Source: Jimgerdemannia flammicorona
Taxonomy: Eukaryota
DNA length: 33,446 nucleotides
Direction: 5' to 3'
NCBI GenBank assembly: GCA_003990765.1
Contig: RBNJ01000310.1
Span: forward strand, 1-33,446
Below, one piece after another: positions 12,326 through 27,222 of this stretch. How positions within the stretch are numbered: the stretch's first letter is position 1; each line of letters starts with the position of its first letter. Below the pieces are notes generated by a model. It had not been told where the DNA came from, made no database searches, and saw only the letters and a program-made list of their open reading frames with translations. The translations under genes and the position numbers were made by a program.

Positions 12326-13275
12326 AGCTTGGGATTGCCCCTTTGCTGCTGGCAGAGAGTTACAAATTTTGCATGCTCCTTCTACTAACCCTACTGACCC
12401 CCAGCCTAGGCATAGGCTGCTTAAGAGAGCCTAGTGCTCCCAATGAATCAAATTGAATTAAATTGGACCCAAATTCAATTCAATTTGAAAACTTCAAATC
12501 AAATTGAGGCCCAATTCTATTTGAATCAATTCAAATTGAGGTCCAATTCAATTTGAGGTCCAATTTGAACTCTATTTTTAGAAATTAAATAACTCGACGA
12601 ATACACATCCAAATTTAATGATCTTTAGTTTGTTTGTTAGATTTCTATTATATAGGGGAATCTAACAAGCTAAAGATCATTGAATTTGGATATGTATTCG
12701 TCAAGTTATTATATTTCTAAAAATAGGTTTTGAATCGGACCCTTAATTCAATTCAAATTCAATTCGATTTGAATAATTCAATTCATTTGGGAGTACTAGG
12801 GGAGCCCCATGCTGCTGGTGGAGGGCTGCAAATTTTGCATGCTCCCTCCACCTATCCTGTCTCCTGTATCTACTCTGCTCCCTCCACCACCCCTCCTGTC
12901 CTAGACACTTACAGCTTGGAGCTGCCAATAAAGGGTTGTAAATTTTGTACACTCCTTCCACCAATCCTATATCTATCAACCCCACCCACCAACCCAGATA
13001 CTGATGGCTTGGGGCTGTCTCTTACTGCTGGTAGAGGGCTGCAAATTTTGCATACTCTCTCCACCTATCTTACCCCCTTTACCAATACCCCTATTCTAGA
13101 TACTTATGGCTTGGGGCTGCCCCTTGCTACCAGTAGAGGGCCGTAAATTTTATGCACTCCCTCTGCTGACTCCACACCCACTGACCCTATCTACCAACCC
13201 AGGCACTGACAACTTGGGACTACTCCTTATTGCTAGCAAAAGGCTGCAAATTTTTTACACACCCTCTACCACTAC
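12326..13275 (+). repeat. Tandem array of six ~90-110 bp units, each with a conserved hairpin-forming core; unit 2 is split by a MITE
   Basis: The core gcttggggctgccc..tgctgctggyagagggctgcaaattttgcatrctccctccacc recurs near 12330, 12415/12800, 12913, 13005, 13107 and 13212. Confidence 0.85.
12432..12798. mobile_element. Fold-back hAT-type MITE (367 bp)
   Basis: TIRs tagtgctcccaa / ttgggagtacta. Long inner inverted arms (cgaatacacatccaaatttaatgatctttag ... ctaaagatcattgaatttggatatgtattcg). TSD agagagcc / ggggagcc, with both mismatches A/G transitions. Confidence 0.9.
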
Positions 13276-13431
13276 TAACTCTGCTGACCACTGCCCCACT
13301 TGGCCACAAACTTCAGGCTGAGTCCTCAGTTTTTTTTCCTTTTTTTATTTTTTGAAAAAGCATTAAATAACCCACAAGGCCAATTAACTTATCAGTGAAC
13401 CCCAGGACCTACTGAATTTTAGTAGCTCAAG

Positions 13432-16400
13432 CTCTACTAAGATTTCAGACATATACATGCCTGAATTATCTCAGCAATCAGCATATACCTCTTAGGGATA
13501 ATGAGATCTATCCTATCTGAGAACACCCACTTGATAGGAGCACTGATAGTAGAAATTGCCAGATAGTCCCAAGCTATACCATATAGACTAGAGAAGTCTA
13601 TTTAATATAGCTGTGGCCATATACCCCAGTAATCAGAATAGTAATTAGATTAGTAGATTAAATTGGCCCAATGCAACCAACCACTTATCTGACAACCTAC
13701 CTTCTACCAGTTGAGCATCTCTGCACCCTCTAATAGGATCATGTGATCACTGGTGAGGTAAATGGTAAGTTTATCTATTAATAGTAGCTCTTCTACTGAT
13801 GACTCTCTCTTCTTCTTTCTGCTGAAGTAAATGTGGGACAGGAGGGATCTCTCAGCATATTCATCTAGACTTCAGTCAAAACCTTACTGCAGTATATATT
13901 TCTCTAGTATATTTCAATTACAATCTATTTAGTTCTCTTAATGAAGTACTGCTCCCAGCCCTGATCTTTGTAGTATTATAGCTTTAAGTATAGGTCCAGC
14001 ACTGTTCAGAGAAAGAGAGTGAGTTTTTGTAGAGATTTCTCTGTTTTGGAAAAGAGCAACAGCCACATGCCAATATATCTATACTAATTGAGTATATGGC
14101 AGTATCTATTTTGAAGTAGTATTTTCTAAGCTTACTTAGAGCAACCTCCATAGTATCTCTCTAATCCAGGCTTAACCATAAATCACCACAACCCTCTAGT
14201 CTGTTCTTGAGCTTGTCCTCTAGTTAGTTAATTAGAAGGTTATATACTAGTATTGCAGAGCTTATTGTCAGGGCCATTTGTTTAACTATATACTTTATAT
14301 ATATAATTATCAAAACACTAACAGTTATGTATAGTGAGGTATTATATTATATAGAGACAGATAAAATAAGTGTAGGGTCAGAGCAATTACTACTTACTTC
14401 TAAAACTCTGACAATATTCCTAAGTATATTCTACTCACTTTCACCTAGAGCCTTGCTCCACATTTCTTTATCAGCAACAACTATTGAATCTATTGGCTTT
14501 TTTTGTTTTGTTTTTTTTTAAAATCAGCTAACTGAAGAAAAAGAATATATACTATAACAAACTTCAATGTACACTAGATCATTGCAAATGTTGAGTTCTA
14601 ATATATATAGATGTCCAATATAAGCTCTTTCAGGGCTAAACTGATTGCTTTACACTATGCAATGAATTTGTCTTATCATATTATTGTAGTGATAATCAGA
14701 CTAATATAACTAGTTTGTATAGCTTGAAAGCTATACTCAGAGCCCCTCCTCTCTCAGATATTTTATCTATATGTATAAGATAGTTCTGAATAGTGAGGTT
14801 CAGTATATGGGCCTGGTATTATATATGACAGCTTTCTATACTGAAGGTCATATTTTTCTATTTGAGACTGGTCACTAAAACTTGGAAAAATATTGAATTA
14901 TTTGTAGTATTATCTGTTATAATGGCCAAAATCTGTACTTGAAATATTTGGTCAGCAAATTTATATGAAAATAAATAACCAATAAAATCTGTTTTGTTTC
15001 AGAACCTCTCTCAAAATACTGACCTGATAGCAAGCCCCCCTTTTTTATCTTGATTATAATCCCAAGCTCCCAGATATAACCAATAAAAGTATCTGCAATA
15101 TTGTCTCCAGAATGAGGGCCAGCAAGTTTGACAAAGTCAAGGGTGAGAGATTTAAACTATCAATTGAGATCAATCTAATAACTAGTAATATTCAGAAATG
15201 AAATTATATTGAGAAATATCTATGTGTTGATTGTAAATAAAATTTTTCCTGCTGAATTCTACTTATTAAATATGAGATTAAATGTGAGATTAAATTGGTG
15301 AACTCTTTATAAATATATATATAATTTAGCTTACAAAGGTTACAGTACTATCTTTATTTATTTATTTTACCTGAAGTGTCTGGCAAAGATTGTCATACTC
15401 CTTTCTATAGGTCTCCAGGATATTTTTGTGAATAGTATTAATACTTGACAAATAAAAATCATACTTTAGAAGGCCAAAGATACTATGCAATTAATCACTC
15501 TCAATAGTTATAAATAGCTGATCTATATATACAATCAAGTGAATAAGTTGATTTTGAAATTCTGCTGAAGAGTATGGCTAAATATTTTTGATTAAATAGA
15601 GTTATTGATACAGAAATTGTCAGGCAATCAGATAAACATATCCACTATAGCTTAGATGTCAATTTTATTTGTCTCTATATTCTTTTTGATTTTATTCTTT
15701 TATGTATTAATATATGTTTGAAGTCATACCTAGTGCTCTCAATGAATCAAATCAAATCGAATTTGGCCCAAACTCAATTTGATTCGATTGAATCAAGGGT
15801 CCAATTTGATTCAATTCGAATCGAATCAAAGGTCCAATTCGATTCAAAGTTCAATTCGAACCTTAATTTTCAAAATGTAATAACTCGACGAAAACTCATC
15901 CAAATTTAATGTATTTTAGCTTGTTAGATTCACCGTATTAATGTGATTCTAACAAGCTAAAGTACGTTAGATTTGGATGAGTTTATGCTGAGTTATTACA
16001 TTTTGAAAATTAGTGTTCGAATCAGACCCTCAATTTGATTCAACTTTTGATTTGATTTGAATTGATTTGAATTGAAAAATCCCCAATTTGATTTGACTCA
16101 TTTAACCCTCAATTCGATTCGATTTGAATTGATTTGACTTGTTTGGGAGCACTAGTCATACTACCAAGCATTTTGAACTTCTGGCTAGTATAGTTTATAG
16201 AGGTACGTAGATGAAATAGTATCATATGTATGTCAAACAAAAAGTATCAGTTATATCATAGGTGCATTTTTTTTTTTTTTTAAATTTTTTACCTGCAATA
16301 GTTATAAACAACATCATCTTCCATCTTAGCACAATATTATCAGATTTAAGAGTAAGAATTGTATGGAAGGTATGGAACTATCAGGGATATTTGACTTAAA
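13432..16400 (-). pseudogene. hAT (Ac/Restless-like) transposase pseudogene with introns
   Basis: Minus-strand relics: BED-finger-like S*I**YCAKMEDDVVYNYC (~16290-16350); first-catalytic-Asp region KILFTINT*IFLNIISFLNITSY*IDLN**FKSLTLDFVKLAGPHSGDNIADTF (~15085-15247); KLRKYYFKIDTAIYSI / LDLYLKL*YYKDQGWE (~13950-14135); dimerisation domain IAWDYLAISTISAPIKWVFS..IIPKR..L.AEIIQACICLKS** (~13432-13580). Confidence 0.9.
15731..16154. mobile_element. Fold-back hAT-type MITE (424 bp) inserted in the transposase BED region
   Basis: TIRs tagtgctctcaa / ttgggagcacta. TSD gtcatacc / gtcatact. Inner arms taattttcaaaatgtaataactc..aaactcatccaaat..ttagcttgttaga / tctaacaagctaa..atttggatgagttt..gagttattacattttgaaaatta. 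Same family as 12432-12798. Confidence 0.92.
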
Positions 16401-16817
16401 GTATCATCAGTACTGTGAACTATTGAAGACTAATCTGTTAATATGTGTATTTGTGTATTTGCATATATATATATATTTATATATATATGTATTATATATG
16501 TAGATATATCTAGTATATGAGTCATATAGAGGATTTGGATTAGAAGATTTGATTGAAGGATTCAGATGAGGATTCAGATTAAAGGATTTGAATTGGAGAA
16601 TTTGGATTGAGTAATTCAGATTGAGTGATTTGAATTGAGTGATTCAGATTGGGGTGGTTCAGATGGATGATTTAGATAGAGTAATTCAGATGAGATAATT
16701 TGGATTAATCTGAGTTGATTCAGATGGCTTCAGATTTGAGATTTAGATCAAACTATTATATAATAAATCAAATCTGGATTTGATTTAAATTGACTCATTC
16801 AGAGCACTATAGCTGGC

Positions 16818-18179
16818 TCCTTGCCTAGGCAATGATGAAATAGAAACTACTTGATTTGATTTCTGGTCTTTTAAGCTCTGATGTTATATAATACTTATAG
16901 TAATGAACTAGAGAGTAGATTATTGAAATTTCACCAAGACTGATATAAGGACAGAATAGTATATCTATTTTAATTACCATACTTTCAAGTAATATAAGTA
17001 TTTTATAAAGTCAATAAGACTAAGTTCTCTCTAATCTATCAGTAGTATCAATATATTCTAGTCTATCTAACTATACTGTTCTGCCCAAATCTATGATCTA
17101 ATCATCTTCAGAAGTCTCTTTACCACTTATACTAAGAAGTCTAGATAATATCTAGAATAAAGGATAGTTCATTTATCTTTATTATACATAGATCTTAATA
17201 TAGCTGGAGTAGGTTGGCTTAGTATAGATTGGCTTGAAGTAGGTTAATATATTAGAATAGCTTGAGATATTGAAGTAGTTGAATATTAAAAGATTGTTGA
17301 AAGCTCTCTAAGAGGTAAACTTAAAACAATAAATAGATATAGAGATAGATTATTATAGAGTATATGGGGGAATTTACACTAGTATATACTAGTGAGAAGA
17401 CAATCAAGAGATTATAAGATCCCAGAGGCTAAATAAGATAGTTAAAGAGCTAAAGTTCTGAGATTGGTGAGTTTATTAATATTATTTTATAAAGTAGTAT
17501 ACTTAGTAAGACTATATATTTTATAGTAGTTCAAAATACTGTAAACATCAAGATAGCTTAAAGATAGATTAATATTAGCAAATTCTTATATTATTTATCT
17601 AAGATATTATTATTCAAAATATTATTCTCCAAATATAGATATATTATTATAGATATATATATGTATATATACTATAGTATAACTATACTAATATATTATA
17701 ATTTCAGCTCTACTTTTCTCTTTTAAGAATAAAGAAATATTCTTATTAAAAACCTTTAGACTCAACTTAGAATATATATATAGTATCTCTATTTAATATA
17801 TATAAAACTCAAAAATAATACTTAGACTATATATATCTCTATAATGAGTAAAAGAAATTTAGTACTTTCTTATAGAACTTAGAACTTAGGGCTAATAGTT
17901 ATCTCTGATTATTTATAATATATTAATTCTATTAATATATAGATTTTATTATAATAATAATTATCTAAAATATAATAATTAGTCAAAATACCACTACTAT
18001 TGTTTAGAATATAGTAATTATCTAGATTATAGTAGTTATTTATAATATAGTAGTAGTTATTTGAGATATAATTATCTGATATATAAATATCCTCTGAAAT
18101 ATCAGTATCTTTTATTAATAAAAGCTTATAGTATTTTATATTAAAAAAAAGTAAAGAATAGAATATTTTTTAAAGATAG

Positions 18180-18222
<43 letters not shown>

Positions 18223-18780
18223 ATATATCTATATATTATTTAAGAGCTACTCTAGAGAGCTATATAAGCTCAAACTCAAGCTTAAGCTTATATACTATCT
18301 AAGTAAAAGCAAAAGCCATATAAGCTTATATAATTTATATAATTATTATTTTTAATATAATTATAAATAAATAATTAAACTTAAATTAAAATCCTTTTTT
18401 AAAATTTATATATAAGTTTTTAATTTTTTTTAGTAATAATATTTTCTATAGTATATATTTAAATTTTATATAATTGAGTTTATATATATTTATTTATATT
18501 ATTTTCTTTATATCAATTTTCTTTATTATTATTATTATTATTAAAATCTTTTTTTTTTTTAAAAAAATAAAATAAAAATAAGTTAGTAAATAAATATATC
18601 TATAATATAGTTTAATGTTTTATTTAATTTTATTTATTTATAATTTTTCTATAATGATATTATCATATAATTTAAAGTATAATTATATAAATATTAAAAT
18701 AAATATAAAATCACTAAGAAAAGTAAAAATATGGAATTTATAAAGAATGTTATAAATTCTGATACTATATATTATATAAT
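16818..18780. other. Extremely AT-rich, terminally decayed repeat DNA including a ~41-nt A tract (18180-18220)
   Basis: Progressive loss of C and G and abundant TATA/TAG. No motif is assignable by eye. Confidence 0.6.
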
Positions 18781-19166
18781 ATGGTTTTAAGATAAATACC
18801 CCCTTAATGTTGAAATCAGAATAAGACTTATTGATAAGATGTCTGATAATATGGCGCTCAACTTTTACCTGGTCTTTTGGTTTATGAAAAGAAAAGTATG
18901 TTGGTCCAGCAGTCAGGCTCACTTTATAGACTAAAGATCCGTAAATGATAAATTTGACGCAGGTCATCAGAAAACAGAGAACTTCTGGTGATATGCTACC
19001 TTGTTCGGTTGTCTGGTGAGTAAGCAAGCTTGGTTGGTGCTAGTATCTACATGCAACAGTTATCAACAACGCCGCCATCAATACTTAAAGTGATCACTCA
19101 AAAACTTCAATATCAAACTCACAAATTCGCAATTTATTCACAATTCTTCACACGACAGCCAATTCG

Positions 19167-21657
<2,491 letters not shown>

Positions 21658-22387
21658 GATTGCGCTTGGGTACTCAAATGACTGCCCACGAAGAGCACCT
21701 TCGTCTCCTCTCCACCCGTCCGTTATTCACGTGACACCTCAAAACACTGCTGAAGCGCCGCCCTTTCGTACCTTCTCATCCATTACTCGCTGACCCGAAC
21801 AAGCATCCTATGGCTCGAATAAATGAAACTCGATTCATTGCACCATACGCCGTGGCCACAGAGCCACACAGTTGCATATTCTCATGTCAAACATAGGAAA
21901 GATTTCTGCCACACCCAATCTTCGAATCCATTCAATACCTCAAACCCTCAATGTTGTGCACCCTAGTGTCATTATCGAGTTTATTTATTAGAATCTGACA
22001 AGAATTGGTGTTTTTAGTCTATTTCTTCCGTTTGTTTTCCTTGCAGCCCTTTTGTTTCGTTTTTGAAATTTTCTGATCATTTGGCATTTATTCTAACGCT
22101 ACGAAAACGATTCTGATGTAATCGACATGAAAGGGATCACAAGCTACAGCAAAATTGGTTCGTCCCATTGGTTTGGGGGGGGGGGGGGAGAGAAAGAAAG
22201 AAAGAAAACATTTACTCACTCTGCATATTTTTCTTTTGTGGGAAAGCGAAAATGACTAGTATATTCATACTTCTATTGCATCGCTGAGGGACTTAAGACC
22301 ACTAGCCAGCATTTCCTTGACCCTCGCGTCAAAGAACTTGGACGACTGGAACGACGCTGCAAGTCACTGTATGCACATTGGGACTCA

Positions 22388-24211
22388 TCACCGTGCGCTT
22401 CGCGGTGCTCGGAGCCGCTTTTCTCCTTCTCGAATAACTTCGTCACTGGCCTCGCGCTCTCGCTCCTTCCTCTCACCACCTTCCATATGCCTAGCAGGTT
22501 CGCCAACACCGACGTTTCCCTCCAGCTCGGTGAAGCGGGCACGAGTCTCGCACCTTATCTTCTTTAGGTGCTCCAAGTGATCCTCAGCCCGCCTGACGCG
22601 CTGCTTGATTCGCGCAACTCTCGCTCGCTATCGTGGATCGCCTGCTCGAATTCGTCACCGAGCTGGTATATAACGGCATCAATGATGTGGTTAATCTCGC
22701 GGAGACGTGAGTTGTCAACAATGCGCTCGCGGCGGCCGGCGTAAATAGGTCCGACGTTCCCGAGGATTCGCGGCGGCTCCAGTGGTCTCAGTCGTGGAGG
22801 CGCCGGCATCGCTAGCAACGATAACGTTGGATTTCTCGGGTGAAAAATACGAAGGGTTCATTTCTATTGCAGGTGGAGACAAGCGAAATGTTATGAAATG
22901 GAATAATAAGGGCCGAAATAGAGAAGTAAGAAGGAACACATTTATTAGTATGCATTAAAATCATAAATTTTGTTGGAAAGGATTTCAATGAACTTGTCGG
23001 CGCGATAAAGTTCCATGAGCTCAACCATGCCTTTAGCTTGCCAGGGCTCCATCCCACGCCTCTCGAGGATGTCTGTGATACATTCGAACATCGCTCAACA
23101 TCATTTTTGATATGGAGAAGTGCCTCACAAAACGTACGTAAACACTTACATTGGAATTCTCTTAGCTGACATTGGCAAAAATGATCTCCCTGCCCAGTCC
23201 CTTGGAAGCGGCTTTGGCAATGCCATCACCATTCAACCCACGAGGTTGTAAGCTTTGCCTATATTATGATTCAAGATATATATATATTACAAATTATTAA
23301 CCATACCTCTATCTGAAAGTTTGCAATACCTAAACCAAAGAGATGCCAACTCTTACCAGCGTGGACTTGCGGGTCCGTGAAAATGGAACAAGCAGCACGG
23401 GCGACGTCGATCACGTTCAGGGGCGACATATGGCCTGCGTTGATCGGGAGCCGAATGACATTATCATCGGCCTGTAAGAGGAAGTTATGTTGGAAGTAGC
23501 CGCAGCGCAAGAAGCAATTCGGAATATTGCATGTGGCGACGTAATTCTAGGATATTGATTCACATAAAAATTATAATCAATAAGGATATATATTTTATCG
23601 CGAGGACCTCCATTATAGCTTATACCAAAAGAAATTCATACCTCCATTTCGTTGAATTGTTTGGCAAACAATATGTTCTCGTCCCTCGGGAGGACGATTG
23701 AGAGAAGGTTGAAGCTCATTTTGTTCTGGATTGCAGCATCGACGTAGGCCTTCACATGCTTGACATGATCTTGGCGAGAGCTTGTGGACCGAAAGGGAAA
23801 CAAACTTCAGCATAAAACTACAGAAAGATCAACATACCACGTATAGATTACTTGTTTAATAACCTCGGGATGATGAACAGAATGTCGATGTTGTTGAATG
23901 CCAGCGAGGTAGGCTCCTCTGCGTCGATATAAATGACCCTGGTGCGACCAGCCCAATGGCGCTGTTCCCGAGCCTTTTCCGACTTGCTGCGAACGCCAGC
24001 CACAATGTAGAACTGGTCCGAGTAGTAACGGGCCAACTCGTTGATGGTTTGAGAACCCACGCGCCCTGATTATTCGAGATAATGCAAGCTGCTGAGTTGT
24101 AGGCGCAGTTCAGAGGAGCTTTCACCTAGAACTAAGAGGCATATACTACTAACCGGTGGCACCTATGACGAGAATCTGCCGTTTCGTTGCCGTGGTAGTT
24201 TGGGTTGACAT
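22388..24211 (-). pseudogene. NmrA-like NAD(P)-binding (atypical SDR) gene, apparently disabled
   Basis: Spliced product MSTQ..ILVIGATGRVGSQTINELA..VAGVRS..DILFIIPSS..KAYVDAA..FLRCGYFQHN..IRLP..DVARAACSIFTDPQVHAGKAYNLVG. Then a frameshift at ~23236, an in-frame TAA at 23162-23164, and a probable second frameshift at ~22610. The 3' end is uncertain. Confidence 0.7.
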
Positions 24212-24843
24212 GGTGTTTGAAAAGCTGTTTCAGTTCGAACGATGTTTGGGGGATTTTGGATTTTGGCAAATCAGCAACCAGTGCGTAACATGACGATATG
24301 GTGTTGAAAGGCATGAATTGTGATGCATTCATGATGTAAGAGGTAGCTTTCGCCCTTCTATCACAATACATACTCCCCATTGACGCCATTGAGATCATGA
24401 TCACATCATCCTTGAGTTTCGCATGAAAAAAACGCTTGGCTGCTCAAACACCCCAACTTTGAGAATATTTCTCATGTTTATGATACACATGATAATTATG
24501 GTATTATTTTTATCATACTATGATCGTAGCCGTTTTTCTGAAGACCAATTCGTTAGCCGAAGCCATGTCCAAGAGGGTTCGCATGGATGATTGAAATAGA
24601 TGGAAATGCAACATGAGGTACCAGGGACAACGAGTGTATTTCATGATCCCAACTATTCTACGAAAAAGAGTCCCGCCCCCTCACTGTGCGGCGTAGGTCA
24701 CTTAAGACCGATTTTTGAGTAAAAGCGTGTGCACGGTGACTAGAGTGTAGAGGAGGAAACCCCCCCTCCCCCAAGCACCGGTTTGGTGTTCAATGATGCA
24801 CATGCTAGTTAGAATGTGATAACCGCGAGGGCACGCGCCTTAG

Positions 24844-24881
24844 CACGTGAAACACGTGGGCACGTGGACGTGTATATATAA
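24844..24881 (+). promoter_or_regulatory. Three CACGTG E-boxes plus GACGTG directly abutting a TATA box, upstream of ECT1
   Basis: CACGTG at 24844, 24853 and 24861; GACGTG at 24867; TATATATAA at 24873-24881; ATG at 24916. Confidence 0.65.
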
Positions 24882-24915
24882 GGACATCCCAAAAACTTCT
24901 GAACCACAACACCCA

Positions 24916-26817
<1,902 letters not shown>

Positions 26818-27222
26818 GACTTACAAGAATGTGCAAAAAAGGGTGACATAAATAAGGAGGTCGTGGGCGGTCCCAGGCACCCGTGGCACTAGACCTGAGG
26901 GTTCTGAAGGGTTGAAACTAATATCCATATTCTTGTAAGGGGTGGATGTATGGTGCGATTTGGAAGGAAAATATAGGAGGCTTAATTTAAAAGTGACGAG
27001 GTTTTAAAATTGGAAGGTTACCGATCAACCCAATAGAGTATGATAGTACTCTATAAACCCACCTGAATGCCTGAGCACAACGGCTGATCTATGTTCGTTG
27101 GTATGCCTCCTTACTGGTACACATACTACTATATATTAATAAACACGGCCTACACAAACTGATCTAATCGAATTGCCACACCACATGGTGACTGTCCTTT
27201 TAGTCACACTACCAATGCCATT

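Larger units (their letters stand above)
9581..16809 (-). mobile_element. Full-length (7.2 kb) degenerate hAT DNA transposon with nested insertions
   Basis: TIRs tagtgctccaaa (9581) and ttcagagcacta (16809). 8-bp TSD tatctggc (9573-9580) / tagctggc (16810-16817), 7/8 identical. GATCC/GGATT-type subterminal repeats at 9600-9740 and 16530-16800. Transposase relic inside. Confidence 0.9.
2950..18850. other. AT-rich, CpG-depleted island of degenerate transposable elements
   Basis: Abrupt switch from GC/CpG-rich genic DNA to sequence almost lacking CG and rich in TA/TAG/CTA. No long ORFs, but several recognisable TE protein relics broken by stops. Confidence 0.9.

Noticed and set aside
12326..13275. 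CRISPR array (palindromic repeats with spacers)
   Set aside because: Eukaryotic context, no cas genes, repeats too long and divergent, and the spacers are related C-rich sequences rather than unique.
12730..13321. ORFs of 138, 80 and 71 aa over the repeat array
   Set aside because: They start inside a MITE and simply translate the tandem repeats; no evidence of coding.
18180..18220. Long homopolymer tracts as functional elements
   Set aside because: A/T tracts are common throughout the window, including in introns, and their lengths are error-prone in assemblies.
18683..19027. 114-aa minus-strand ORF at the island edge
   Set aside because: Non-ATG start, runs into AT-rich decayed DNA, and has no family motif.
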